Shown here: positions 1 through 10,026 of the stretch, in pieces | Position numbering within the stretch: the first letter of the stretch is position 1 | Layout: every line of letters begins with the position of its first letter | Program-made: the position numbers and the translations under genes | The notes under the pieces: model-generated | What the model was told of the DNA's origin: nothing | Databases searched by the model: none | Seen by the model: only the letters and a program-made list of their open reading frames with translations | Source of the DNA: Octopus sinensis | Lineage: Eukaryota | Reading direction: 5' to 3' | Length of the DNA stretch: 32,862 bases | NCBI RefSeq assembly: GCF_006345805.1 | Contig: NW_021832751.1 | Location: 1 to 32,862, forward strand

Positions 1-354
1 TATTTTAATCTCTTTCACTGGCCGGCGGGAAGAGGAAAAGTACGAACGAAGAAACGAAGAAAGGAAAGACGAAGGAAGGAAGGAAGGAAGGAAAAAACGA
101 AAGAATGAAGGAAAAATGAAAGAGCGAAAGAAAAAAAGAAGAAATAAGAAGAGAGAAAGAAAGAATGATAAGAGGGATTAAAGAAAGAAAGAAAGAAAGA
201 AAGAGAAGGAAAGGAAGAAAGAGGGAAGAAAAGAAAGAAAATAGGAGCGAGACGAGGAAGAAGAATAAGATAGATAGATATATATAGAAGAAGAAGAAGA
301 AGAAGAAGAAGAAGAAGAAGAAGAAGAAGAAGAAGAAGAAGAAGAAGAAGAAGA

Positions 355-432
<78 letters not shown>

Positions 433-505
433 ATAGATAGGTAGATAGATAGATAGATAGAAGGAAAGAGAAAAGAAAGGAATAAAAAAGAAAGGCAGAA
501 GGAAA
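1..505. repeat. Purine-rich low-complexity tract with (GAA)n and (AGAT)n microsatellites
   Basis: Directly visible: (GAA)n at about 287-356 and (AGAT)n at about 366-460. It explains the poly-F/IYLS ORF 5..517. Confidence 0.95.
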
Positions 506-679
506 GAAAAAATGCAATTACTATTATTTAGAGTTTATTCTCTAATAAAACTGGTGATGTCTCACAGATAATTTCAGAGATATTTTTGGATTTATTTGAA
601 ATTCAACCATTGAACGGTTCTTCATCAAATCAACGTCCATTTTGCATAATGGTGGCTTTGTTTCTAACTTCTTCACTTC

Positions 680-919
680 CTTCTTTACTTCTTACCAATA
701 TCTTTTCTTCTTTCACTTCCTCTCCTCTCTTACTCTTTCTACCTCTCTGCTTCCCTCTCTGTATTTCTTCCATCCGCTCTCTATCTCTTTCTCCTTCCCC
801 TTCAGATCTCCTTCCTCTTTCAATTCTCCTTTCTCTCTTTCAATCTCTCCCACCTTCTCACTCACTCATCTCCATCTCTCCACTCCATCTCTCTCTCTCT
901 CTCCTCTCTCTCTATATAG

Positions 920-979
<60 letters not shown>

Positions 980-1101
980 TATATATACTTCCCATATATT
1001 TACTCATCTCTTCTCTCTCTCTCTCTCTCTATACTTATATATATATATATATATATTATATCTATATATATATATATAATATATATATACAGATATATAT
1101 A

Positions 1102-1138
<37 letters not shown>

Positions 1139-1177
1139 TATATATATACATACCTATATATATATATATATATATAT
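680..1177. repeat. CT-rich tract plus (AT)n/(GT)n compound microsatellites
   Basis: Directly visible. It explains ORFs 586..1179 and 642..1079. Confidence 0.95.
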
Positions 1178-1518
1178 AACCTCTGCCACTACACTGCTAC
1201 AATCGTCTCTCTCAATAAATGTCTAAATGTTTTCGAAGAATGTTACTCAGTGTTCCTTATATTATATTTGATTAAAATTTCACACATTTAAAAAATTTCT
1301 ATTTTAATTTCTTATCTACCATGCAATGATTGTTCACTGTCCGAGATTTTAACTTTCCCCCCACCGCACCCTACTCCATACCCAACTTCGACCCCGCTCC
1401 CCGCCTCTGCCACCACCCTCGCCCACATCTACTTAAAAAAAAACACCGCCATCGCTATCATCAACAGAACCAACACTCCCAACAACACCACTACGGTTGC
1501 CATCATGAATTCCTATAC

Positions 1519-1900
1519 CAGTGCTTTTCAAACTTTTTGCTGGAGCGGAACCCCAAGGAAACATTCCACTGGCTCGGGGAACCCCTGTGCAATAATTTAA
1601 TAGTCTTATGCACACATATCTGCACAGGAGAATTAAAAATTACTGTCGATTTTAGCATTTTTGTAACTTCTTGCGGAACCCCTGGTCTGTACTGGTGGAA
1701 CCCTAAGGTTCCGCGGAACCCTGGTTGAAAACCACTGTTATAGATATATGTATATGTATATATATGTGTGTGTGTATATAGATATATATATATGGATATA
1801 TGTATATGTATGTGTGTGTGTGTCTGTAATATACCCGTGTTCTGGAATAAACATTGCCGTGGACCCTGAGGTTCCGCGGAACCCTGGTTGAAAACCACTG
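1519..1900. mobile_element. hAT-type (Charlie-like) MITE with a duplicated right end
   Basis: Left TIR cagtgcttttcaaac at 1519. Right TIR ggttgaaaaccactg occurs twice, ending at 1737 and 1900. The 8-bp TSD tcctatac (1511-1518) / tcttatac (1901-1908) matches 7/8 with central TA, as is typical of hAT. Confidence 0.8.
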
Positions 1901-2093
1901 TCTTATACGATAGATAAATCACCACTTTCAGCACTGCTACCACTTCATCCACTAACGCCACCACAGCAATTACCACCAGCATTACTAGACTTACCATAAC
2001 CACTACTGCCATGATCCCTACCACTCTACCGCGACACGAACACTACATCTGCTACAACGATGAAAACATTCACTAAAAATAATTCCTGATGTA

Positions 2094-2790
2094 GGCACAG
2101 GCATGGCTGTGTGGTTAAGAACCTTACTTTGCAACAACGTGGTGTCGGGTTCGGTCACACTGCGCGGCATCTTGGGTAAAATGTCTTTAACTATAGCCTC
2201 GGTCCGACAAATGCTTTGTGAGTGAATTTGGTAGATGTAGACTTTGAGGAAATCCGCCATATATACATGTGTGTGTGAGAGAGTGTGCGCGTGCGCGTGA
2301 GTGTGTGTGTGTGTGTGTGTGTGTGGGAGTGTATTTATGATTGGCACACCCACATACCTATTTCTTTATTACCCACAAGGAACTAAACAACGAAAGACAT
2401 AGGTATTAAGTCGATTACATCGACCCCAGTGCGTAACTGGTACTTAATTTATCAACCCCGAAAGGATGAAAGGTAAAGTCGAACTCGGCGGAATTTGAAC
2501 TCACAACGTAACGGCAGACGAAATACTGTTAAGCATTTCGCCCGACGTGCTGACGTTTCTGCTAGCTCGCCACATACCAATTGACAACCAGTGTTGGTTT
2601 GATTACGTCCCCGTAACCTAGTGGTTTAGCAAAAGAGCCGGCAGAATGTTACCCTACTTTAAAAAGAAATTACGTACTGTGGTCGAATTTCTTCGACCAA
2701 ACCTTTTATGGCTGTGCCTTAGCATGGCCAGAGTCCATTCACTGAAACAAACAACAGCAACAAAAAGGAAAGGAAAGGAAGATAACATCG
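2094..2790 (+). mobile_element. tRNA-headed SINE family 1 copy, split by a family 2 SINE insertion
   Basis: Head ggctgtgtggttaag...gggttcggtcac with A/B-box-like motifs at about 2094-2260. The degenerate 3' half is at about 2580-2790. Homologous to the copies at 4592, 8672, 11078, 15610 and 27582. Confidence 0.8.
2355..2575 (-). mobile_element. tRNA-headed SINE family 2 copy
   Basis: Reverse complement of ggcgagctggcagaaacgttagcacg...gagttcaaattccgccgag...ccccttgtggg, as seen at 11966, 12176 and 13043. Confidence 0.9.
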
Positions 2791-2799
2791 GATATAAAC

Positions 2800-3212
2800 T
2801 GAGTCGGAAGTCGCATTTAGTATTGCCACGGGCCGGCATGTTCACTCTAGTACGTATACCACTCTAGAGACAATATGACAACGACTACTGCAACTGTAGA
2901 AAGAAAAGAAAAAAAACGAAGAAACATGGCTACCGAATGGACGCTAAATAATATCAAGATGGCGGCGTTAGTGGCAACTAACAGGAAGTTGCAGAGAGAA
3001 ACAGCAACAAGTGCGGCAGGTTACATTTCCTTGGTTTCTTATTCAACATGCAGGCAACATGTGACAGCAATGCCTGCAATCTTCGCACAGTTGGCATGTG
3101 GTGACGACGACAACAACAACAGTAACAGCAGCGGTAGCAGCAGCAGCAGCAGCAGTAACAACGACAGCAGCAACAGTAATGGCTGACATCGTGGGAAAAT
3201 GGCCGATTGGTA
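2800..3212 (+). promoter_or_regulatory. Candidate promoter/TSS region (YY1, ETS and CCAAT motifs)
   Basis: Non-repeat, CpG-containing patch. caagatggcggc (YY1 consensus) at 2955-2966; aacatggc at 2923-2930; aaaatggccg at 3196-3205; ETS cores cggaagt at 2805-2811 and caggaagt at 2982-2989; gattgg at 3205-3210. Confidence 0.35.
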
Positions 3213-3321
3213 TGACCTCATCAGTCTAATAGACAGACTGATAATGTCTGACAGAACATACGTGTGAAGATACACGAGCACACACGCACACATAAACTCT
3301 CTGCAGATGTTCATACATAGA

Positions 3322-3470
3322 CATATAGACACACACACACACACACACAAATAGATAGATAGATAGATAGACATATGGTACATGATTACTTATATATTAA
3401 CTATATATACGCATACATGTATATATGTATGTATATATGTGCATACGTATGTTTATATATATATCAATAA

Positions 3471-3536
<66 letters not shown>

Positions 3537-3667
3537 ACGTGTGTGTGTGTATGTGTATGTGTGTATATATATACATATATATATGAAGGTATGTATGTAT
3601 ATATATATATATGTATAATATATACATATATATATGTATATATACATATACAACACATACATACATA

Positions 3668-3725
<58 letters not shown>

Positions 3726-3751
3726 TTAGATAGACAGACAGATAGATAGAT

Positions 3752-3834
<83 letters not shown>

Positions 3835-3835
3835 T
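3322..3835. repeat. Compound microsatellite block (AC/AGAT/AT/AG/AGAT)
   Basis: Directly visible. Confidence 0.95.
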
Positions 3836-3837
3836 GA

Positions 3838-4023
3838 AAATTTACAAAAAAACAAAAGACGAAGACGGGTGTATAAACAACAAACAGATGCATTAGTTTA
3901 ATGCTCGGGAAGTGAGAAAGTCTTTTATGTTTCGAGCCTACGCTCTTCGACAGAAAGGAACACAGAACTAAACAGGGAGAGAAAATAGAAAAAGGTATAG
4001 TGACGATCTATCATGGCGAATGC
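3838..4023 (-). mobile_element. Family A short repeat (Penelope pLTR/retrozyme-like), copy 1
   Basis: About 185-bp unit that recurs at about 7850, 19455, 29800 and 31920. Carries a hammerhead-like motif on the minus strand and is flanked by (AGAT)n and (AC)n. Confidence 0.75.
3921..3958 (-). ncRNA. Minimal type I hammerhead-like motif, family A copy 1 (probably inactivated)
   Basis: Minus strand reads ccuuu CUGUCGA A GAGC guag GCUC GAAAC AUA aaaga. The ACGU palindrome has mutated to ACAU. Confidence 0.5.
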
Positions 4024-4085
4024 TGGACACACACACACACATACACACACACATATATACACATATACACATACATGTATACATA

Positions 4086-4152
<67 letters not shown>

Positions 4153-4591
4153 GTGTATGTGTGTGTGCATGTGTATAAGTAGAATGAGGAGCGATGGTCT
4201 TTTATGGCAGCGAATTACATCAGTGATATGTGGTGACAGTATCTGTCTATAGACACGATATGAGGCGAGAATATTGTTTAAAAAATAATTTTGATGAACA
4301 AGAAGAAAAAAAAAACGAAACAATGTCACTTCTAATCAAAACATTAAATACTCAAACAAAACACAAAAAAAAAAAACAGAAAAGAAGGGTCTGTGAATTA
4401 AATGTGAAAGAGTTAAAACTCACAAAATCACTTATGTCTTTTCGACACAATTCTCAGACGCTTTGTTAAATGGAATCTGTGAGTTTTCACACAGAGCAAG
4501 TGCAAACCTCCTTTTCACTGGCCAAATAGGTTCAAAATAATGGCGGTTTGATATTTTGCGCGCGTTCATATCTGAAATATATCAACGAAAC

Positions 4592-4981
4592 GTGGCTGTG
4601 TGGTACCAACCACATGGTTCCGGGTTCAGTCCCACTGCGTGGCACCTTGGGCAAGTGTCTTCTACTATAGCCTCGGGCCGACCAAAGCCTTGTGAGTGGA
4701 TTTGGTAGACGGAAACTGAAAGAAGCCCGTCGTATATGTATATATATATATATATATGCGTGTGTGTGTTTGTGTGTCTGTGTTTGTCCCCCTAGCATTG
4801 CTTGACAACCGATGCTGGTGTGTTTATGCCCCCGTTACTTAGCGGTTCGGCAAAAGAGACCGATAGAATAAGTACTGGGCTTACAAAAGAATAAGTCTCG
4901 AGGTCGAGTTGCTCGATTAAAGGCGGTGCTCCAGCATGGCCGCAGTCAAATAACTGAAACAAGTAAAAGAGTAAAAGAGTA
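4592..4981 (+). mobile_element. SINE family 1, near full length
   Basis: tRNA-like head, conserved body (ggcaccttgggcaagtgtcttctactatagcc...), internal (AT/GT)n and 3' end ...gactgaaacaagtaaaagag. Confidence 0.9.
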
Positions 4982-5204
4982 GTGTGTGTTTGTTTGTGAT
5001 TATAACATGCATTCACACCGTCGATGTGCCGCTGATTCTAAAGTGGAAGGAGATCTTCAAAAATATGCATCTTGAATTGCTAGAGTTAGCAGTCAAATTT
5101 CCTTCAAGATCATACCTACTGACTTAGAAAAGGCAAACGAAATAAGCACGTGCTTAAGGTATCGAATGTCTATAAAAGTCCTTCTATCCAATGTTGATAT
5201 TTCC

Positions 5205-5408
5205 TCCTCAATAGACGTCATTGATTGGTTGAAATGCCGAAATGCAAGAAATTAAACAACAAATAGCTTACAAACTACAGAATTTTCTCAAGAAAGCCAA
5301 GAGAAAAATATGTTTTCTGTAACACAATCTACCAGTATACGAAGTTCAAAAGTGTTAAGTTACAAAGAAATTATTTTAAAAAATCTGCCGGTCAAAGCGA
5401 AAAGATCC
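5205..5408 (-). mobile_element. Solo arm of the GGATCTTTTC foldback/MITE family
   Basis: Reverse-complement homologue of 10060-10262 and 17199-17420. Ends in ...gaaaagatcc like the TIR of the complete element at 17781-18115. Confidence 0.75.
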
Positions 5409-5550
5409 GACGGGTTTCTTTCAGTTTCCACCTACAAAATCTACTCACAAGACTTTTGTCGGCTCGAGGTTTTAGTAGAAGTGACTTGCACAAGGTGCGA
5501 CGCAGCGGGACTGAACCCACAACCATATAGTTGGGAAGAAAGCTTTTACG
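5409..5550 (-). mobile_element. SINE family 1 5' half, degenerate
   Basis: gacgggtttctttcagtttcc...ctcacaag...ggactgaacccacaaccata is the reverse complement of the family 1 head and body. Confidence 0.75.
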
Positions 5551-5575
5551 ACGCCTGCACCTTTATATATATACA

Positions 5576-5616
<41 letters not shown>

Positions 5617-5627
5617 TTATATATATA

Positions 5628-5751
5628 TTATTTTATAGAAGGAGCTTCTACAGGACTAGAACTGTTTCATTCAAAAGAAATCATCAGGAAGCTGATGATT
5701 TCTTTTGAATGAAACAGTTCTAGTCCTGTAGAAGCTCCTTCTATAAAATAA
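5628..5751. repeat. Perfect palindrome: 60-bp arms with a 4-nt spacer
   Basis: 5628-5687 is the exact reverse complement of 5692-5751; the spacer is gaag. Confidence 0.95.
5643..5693 (-). ncRNA. Type I hammerhead ribozyme motif with full stem III (family D)
   Basis: Minus strand reads AGCUUC CUGAUGA UUUC uuuu GAAU GAAA CAG uucuaguc CUG UA / GAAGCU. It has a 6-bp stem I, canonical CUGAUGA and GAAA cores, a paired stem III and a GUA cleavage triplet. Stem II is weak, with U.U at the closing position. Confidence 0.65.
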
Positions 5752-5822
5752 ATTAATTTACTCTGCTATGTATTGAGTACCTTATTTACTGTGGTTAACC
5801 CCGACTCAACCCGGGACCTACA

Positions 5823-5863
<41 letters not shown>

Positions 5864-5955
5864 ATATATATATATATATATAAATAAATTAATTTACTCT
5901 TGCTATGTATTGAGTACCTTATTTACTGTGGTTAACCCCGACTCAACCCGGGACC

Positions 5956-5960
<5 letters not shown>
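5745..5960 (+). repeat. Tandem direct duplication of an approximately 80-bp unit separated by (AT)n
   Basis: aaataaattaatttactc(t)tgctatgtattgagtacc...cccgggacctac occurs at about 5746-5821 and 5882-5958. Confidence 0.9.
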
Positions 5961-5994
<34 letters not shown>

Positions 5995-6067
5995 CGGTGG
6001 TGCCCCAGCATGGCCGCGGCCTTCGGGCTAAAACATTTTTAAGGATTTATACCTATATATACATACC

Positions 6068-6132
<65 letters not shown>

Positions 6133-6139
6133 ATATACC

Positions 6140-6171
<32 letters not shown>

Positions 6172-6331
6172 CATACACACATACAGCACACATCCATATT
6201 CCATGCACTCTCACACATATACACAGGCACATACATCAATACGGCGCACACACACACACACACATACACTCACTCACACACACTCACATATATATACACG
6301 CGCACACGCAGCCGTAAGAGTCTCTCGTCTC

Positions 6332-6464
6332 TGACCTCATTCAGTAGCTTTTTTCCCGCTCCCGCTAAGTGCAAAGGTCAAACTTCAAGTCAAGTATCCA
6401 TGATCAGGGCACACCATAAATGTAGTCGTTGACCTTTCTTTCTTGAAAGGTCATGTCGAGGTCA
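6332..6464. promoter_or_regulatory. Nuclear-receptor half-site cluster including a perfect DR5
   Basis: Exact AGGTCA/TGACCT at 6332, 6375, 6430, 6448 and 6459. The 6448 and 6459 sites form AGGTCA-tgtcg-AGGTCA. Confidence 0.45.
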
Positions 6465-6598
6465 CAATATTTTCCTTTTTCTTTTGTTTTAGTAGTCTGT
6501 GCAAAATCGTCCTTATATTAGCTCAGCTCCCTCCCCTTTTCACCCTCTTGTTGCTGGTGGTGGTGGTGGAGGGCGATGCTAGCAGCGTGGGATATCTG

Positions 6599-6666
<68 letters not shown>

Positions 6667-6831
6667 ATGTTTGGTTTTATAGTCAGTTTATAATAACAAA
6701 TTTATATTAATCTGATGGGTTACTCTATACTTTTGTAGAGTATAAATTTATTATTCTTAAAAAACAAATATTATTCACTGTAACTTTGGAACTTTCGACC
6801 AATCCGATGATGGCTTGTTTGAGAATAGTTG

Positions 6832-7215
6832 GCGCAGGAGTGGCTGCGTGGTAAGAAGCTTGCTTCCTAGTCCCATCGTCACGAGTTCAGTCTCACAGTG
6901 TAACATATTGGCCAGGTATTTTCTACTCATTTCTCTATCACTTGTTTCAGTCATTTGACTGGAGCATCGCCTTTAGTCGAGCAAATCTACTCCCAGGACT
7001 TATTCTTTGTAAGCCTAGTACTTTTCTGTCGGTCTCTTTAGCCGATCCGCTAAGTTACGGGGACGTAAACACACCAGCATTGGTTGTCAAACGATGTTGG
7101 GGACACAAAACACAAACACCCACACATATATATATATACATATATACGACGGGCTTCTTTCAGTTTCTGTTTACGAAATCCACTCACAAGGCTTTGGTCG
7201 GCCCGAGGCTATAGA
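6832..7215. mobile_element. SINE family 1 head (+, about 6832-6930) abutting a family 1 body (-, about 6935-7215)
   Basis: Homology to other family 1 copies in both orientations. Confidence 0.8.
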
Positions 7216-7221
7216 AGACAA

Positions 7222-7403
7222 CAACAACATCGAAAAATACTTTAGGAATGAGAACCCAGGTTCGAGATTCCCCCCAAGACACCTGATGAAGGCTAGAGGG
7301 TATATCTGCCGAAACGTTGTGTTAACAACAAACAAGATGAGGACAAATATCCGTCAATTGTAAATAATGTACATAATTCCTAATCTCTTAAATATAGAAC
7401 TGT
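7222..7403 (+). mobile_element. Family B short repeat (Penelope pLTR/retrozyme-like), copy 1
   Basis: Homologous to 20180-20375 (-). Starts in an (AAC)n/(AAT)n run and carries a hammerhead motif. Confidence 0.75.
7278..7323 (+). ncRNA. Minimal type I hammerhead motif, family B copy 1
   Basis: GACAC CUGAUGA A GGC uagaggguauaucu GCC GAAAC GUU GUGUU. Stem I is GACAC/GUGUU, the cores are canonical, and a palindromic ACGU replaces the stem III loop. Confidence 0.65.
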
Positions 7404-7448
7404 GAAAATGCTTATTTTATCACAGAAATAATCAAAATCTAAAAAAAT

Positions 7449-7712
7449 GACGGAAACTGAAAGAAGCCCGTCGTATATATGTATATATGTGTGTGTGTTT
7501 GTGTGTCTGTGTTTGTCCCCCTAGCATTGCTTGACAGCCGATGCTGGTGTGTTTATGTCCCCGTTACCTAGCGCTTCGGCAAAAGAGACCGATAGAATAA
7601 GTACTGGGCTTACAAAAGAATAAGTCCTGGGGTCGAGTTGCTCGACTAAAGGCGGTGCTCCAGCATGGCCGCAGTCAAATGACTGAAACAAGTAAAAGAG
7701 AAAAAGAAAAAG
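7449..7712 (+). mobile_element. SINE family 1, 5'-truncated
   Basis: Starts at gacggaaactgaaagaagcccgtc and matches 4700-4981. Confidence 0.9.
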
Positions 7713-7724
7713 AGATCTATCAGC

Positions 7725-7846
7725 CGCAGAAACCCGCGATATACTGAGGAGTCTGCGATATGGATTTACATATATTAGCCAGAAAAATCTGCGATGTACT
7801 GAGGGTGCGATAGGTGATCCGCGATATGGAGACTGATTACTGTGTA
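7725..7846. mobile_element. Degenerate pogo/Tigger-like MITE right end
   Basis: Repeated ccgcgatat motifs and a terminal ccgcgatatggagactgattactg(tg)ta, resembling Tigger-type TIRs that end in CTG|TA. No left end was found. Confidence 0.35.
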
Positions 7847-7944
7847 TAGTTCAAATTTACAGAACACAAAAGACGAAGATATGTGAAGGAACAACAAACA
7901 GGTATCAGGTGTATTAGTTTGACTTCTTGGGAACAATGGAAAGG

Positions 7945-7982
7945 TCTTTGACGTTTCGAACCTACGCTCATCGACAGAAAAG
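7945..7982 (-). ncRNA. Minimal hammerhead-like motif, family A copy 2
   Basis: Minus strand reads cuuuu CUGUCGA U GAGC guag GUUC GAAAC GUC aaaga, within a family A unit at about 7850-7985. Confidence 0.55.
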
Positions 7983-8009
7983 TATAAAGAGGCAAAAAAT
8001 GGAGTTTAA

Positions 8010-8389
8010 AAATGTGCCCAGTGGTTAGGGCAGCGGACTCGCGGTCATAGGATCGCGGTTTCGATTCCCAGACCGGGCGTTGTGAGTGTTTATTGAGCGA
8101 AAACACCTAAAAGCTCCACGAGGCTCCGGCAGGGGATGGTGGTGATCCCTGCTGTACTCTTTTCACCACAAATTTCTCTCACTCTTACTTCCTGTTCTCT
8201 GTTGTACCTGTATTTCAAAGGGCCGGCCTTGTCACTCTCTGTGTCACGCTGAATATCCCCGAGAACTACGTTAAGGGTACACGTGTCTGTGGAGTGCTCA
8301 ACCACTTACACGTTAATTTCACGAGCAGGCTGTTCCGTTGATTCGGATAAACCGGAACCCTCATCGTCGTAACCGACGGAGTGCTTCCA
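8010..8389 (+). mobile_element. tRNA-headed SINE family 3
   Basis: gcccagtggttagggcagcgg...ggtttcgattccc (A/B boxes). Nearly identical to 28783-29169. Confidence 0.9.
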
Positions 8390-8394
8390 TAGTT

Positions 8395-9080
8395 ATTCTT
8401 TTATACGTTTCAGTCATTTGACTGCGGCCACGCTGGAGCACCACCTTATGTGTGTGTGTGTGTGGTGTGTGTGTATGTTTGTTCCCCCACCACAGCTTGA
8501 CTACCGGTGAAGGTGTGTTTACGTTCCCGTAACATAGCGGTTCGACCAAAGATACCGAGAGAATAAGTACCCAGGCTTTAAAAAAACAAAAAACACGGAT
8601 CGATTCATTCGACTAAAGAAATCCTTTAAGGCAGTGCTCCAGCATGACCGGAATAAATAAAAGAAAGATGAGTGGCTGTGTGGTAAGTAGCTTGCTTACG
8701 AACCACACATTTCCGGGTTCAGTCCCACTGCGTGGCACCTTCGGCAAGTGTCTTCTACTATAGCCTCGGGCCGACCAAAGCATTGTGAGTGGATTTGGTA
8801 GACGGAAACTGAAAGAAGCCTGTGATATATATGTATATGCATGTGTGTATGCGTGTGTGTATGCGTGTGTGTCTGTGTTTGTTCCCCCCCCCCAACATCG
8901 CTTGACAACCGATACTGGTGTGTTTACGTCCCCATAATTTAGCGGTTTGGCAAAAACAGATCGATAGAATAAGTACTAGGCTTCCAAAGAATAAGTCCTG
9001 GGGTCGATTTGCTCGACTGAAGGCGGTGCTCCGGCATGGCCACAGTCGAAATGACTGAAACAAGTAAAAGCGTAAAAGAG
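8395..9080 (+). mobile_element. SINE family 1 cluster: fragments at 8395-8660 plus a full copy at 8672-9080
   Basis: Homology to other family 1 copies. Confidence 0.85.
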
Positions 9081-9783
9081 TATACATGTGTGTGTGTGTG
9101 TGTCTTCGCTATTTCCAAATCTGTGACAGTGAAAGAGAGAAGAGGAGGAGGAGGTGGAGGAAGAGGACGAGGTAGGGGAGTAGAAGTGGGGGGGGGAAAC
9201 AGTAGCTCAAAACAAGAGGCAATGAAAAAGCCAGGTTGAAGAAGATCGTTTTAGTAATGATCCGGCAATGTTGCATACCAACGTGGTGATAAATCAACCA
9301 CCAAACAAACAAATAACAACAACAACAACAACAACAACAACCACCAATGAGGAGGACGACAACGGAGACAGATACAGAGAGACAATGACCTACAAAACAA
9401 CCGAGAGATTTGTTCAGCTGCTCTTACTTGACCCAGAATATCATATAACGTACAGAGCATACCAACAGATAAGACAGGCGCCAATGATTAGCTGCCGGAA
9501 GGCGGGAAAACAACATTGTCCTTGTTGGCGTACATTTGCACTGGAGAATATGAAGGGACGTGCAAAAAAAAAAACGTATTGTGTGTGTGCCCTGGTGTGT
9601 GTGTGTGTTAGGTTCGCTACTGTGATTTAATAAATTTATGTGCGTATTTTTTATGTACCAGTTTGTACTTATGTTGTTGATATGTGTACGAATGACAAAT
9701 GACGACAGAAAGTGGCATTCAACACATTAGACCTGTGGTGTGTTGAGAGAGAGAGAAAAAGATATACAAAGAGAAAGAAATAC

Positions 9784-10026
9784 AGGCACTATTTAAGAAG
9801 AGTGGTCCCGGTGCGCGCACTCGCGTACTCACGCATCCTCGCTAGCTAGTCGTGACTAGTCGTTCCTACAACGACTAACTAGCAAAGTAAATAGAATACA
9901 AGATAAATTATTTTTTTACACGAAGTAAATAATTTTTGTTAAACAATGTAAATAAAACACAAAAATACAAAGTAAGGATCGACTAGTCACGACTAGCTAG
10001 CGCGAGTGCGCGCACCAGGACCACTC
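9784..10026. mobile_element. GC-rich-TIR MITE with a damaged right end
   Basis: gagtggtcccggtgcgcgcactcgcg..gctagctagtcgtgactagtcg (9800-9862) is inverted relative to cgactagtcacgactagctagcgcgagtgcgcgcaccaggaccactc (9980-10026); the interior is AT-rich. Confidence 0.75.

Noticed and set aside
5-1179. Long ORFs (170-241 aa) here and at 14821-15706, 20769-21551, 22159-22683 and 23585-24211
   Set aside because: They are translations of di-, tri- and tetranucleotide repeats (IY, CV, TH, poly-V/G) with no coding signal.
3056-3106. Acceptor followed by ATCDSNACN, resembling the Ly6/three-finger C-terminal CN motif
   Set aside because: There are no upstream cysteine-rich exons and no GPI-signal tail; the match is too short.
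4532-4798. Recurrent ORFs such as ...RRASFSFRLPNPLTR...KVPRSGTEPGTMWLV and ...CRRCHAVGLNP
   Set aside because: They are antisense translations of the family 1 SINE. They recur because the SINE does, and are not a protein family.
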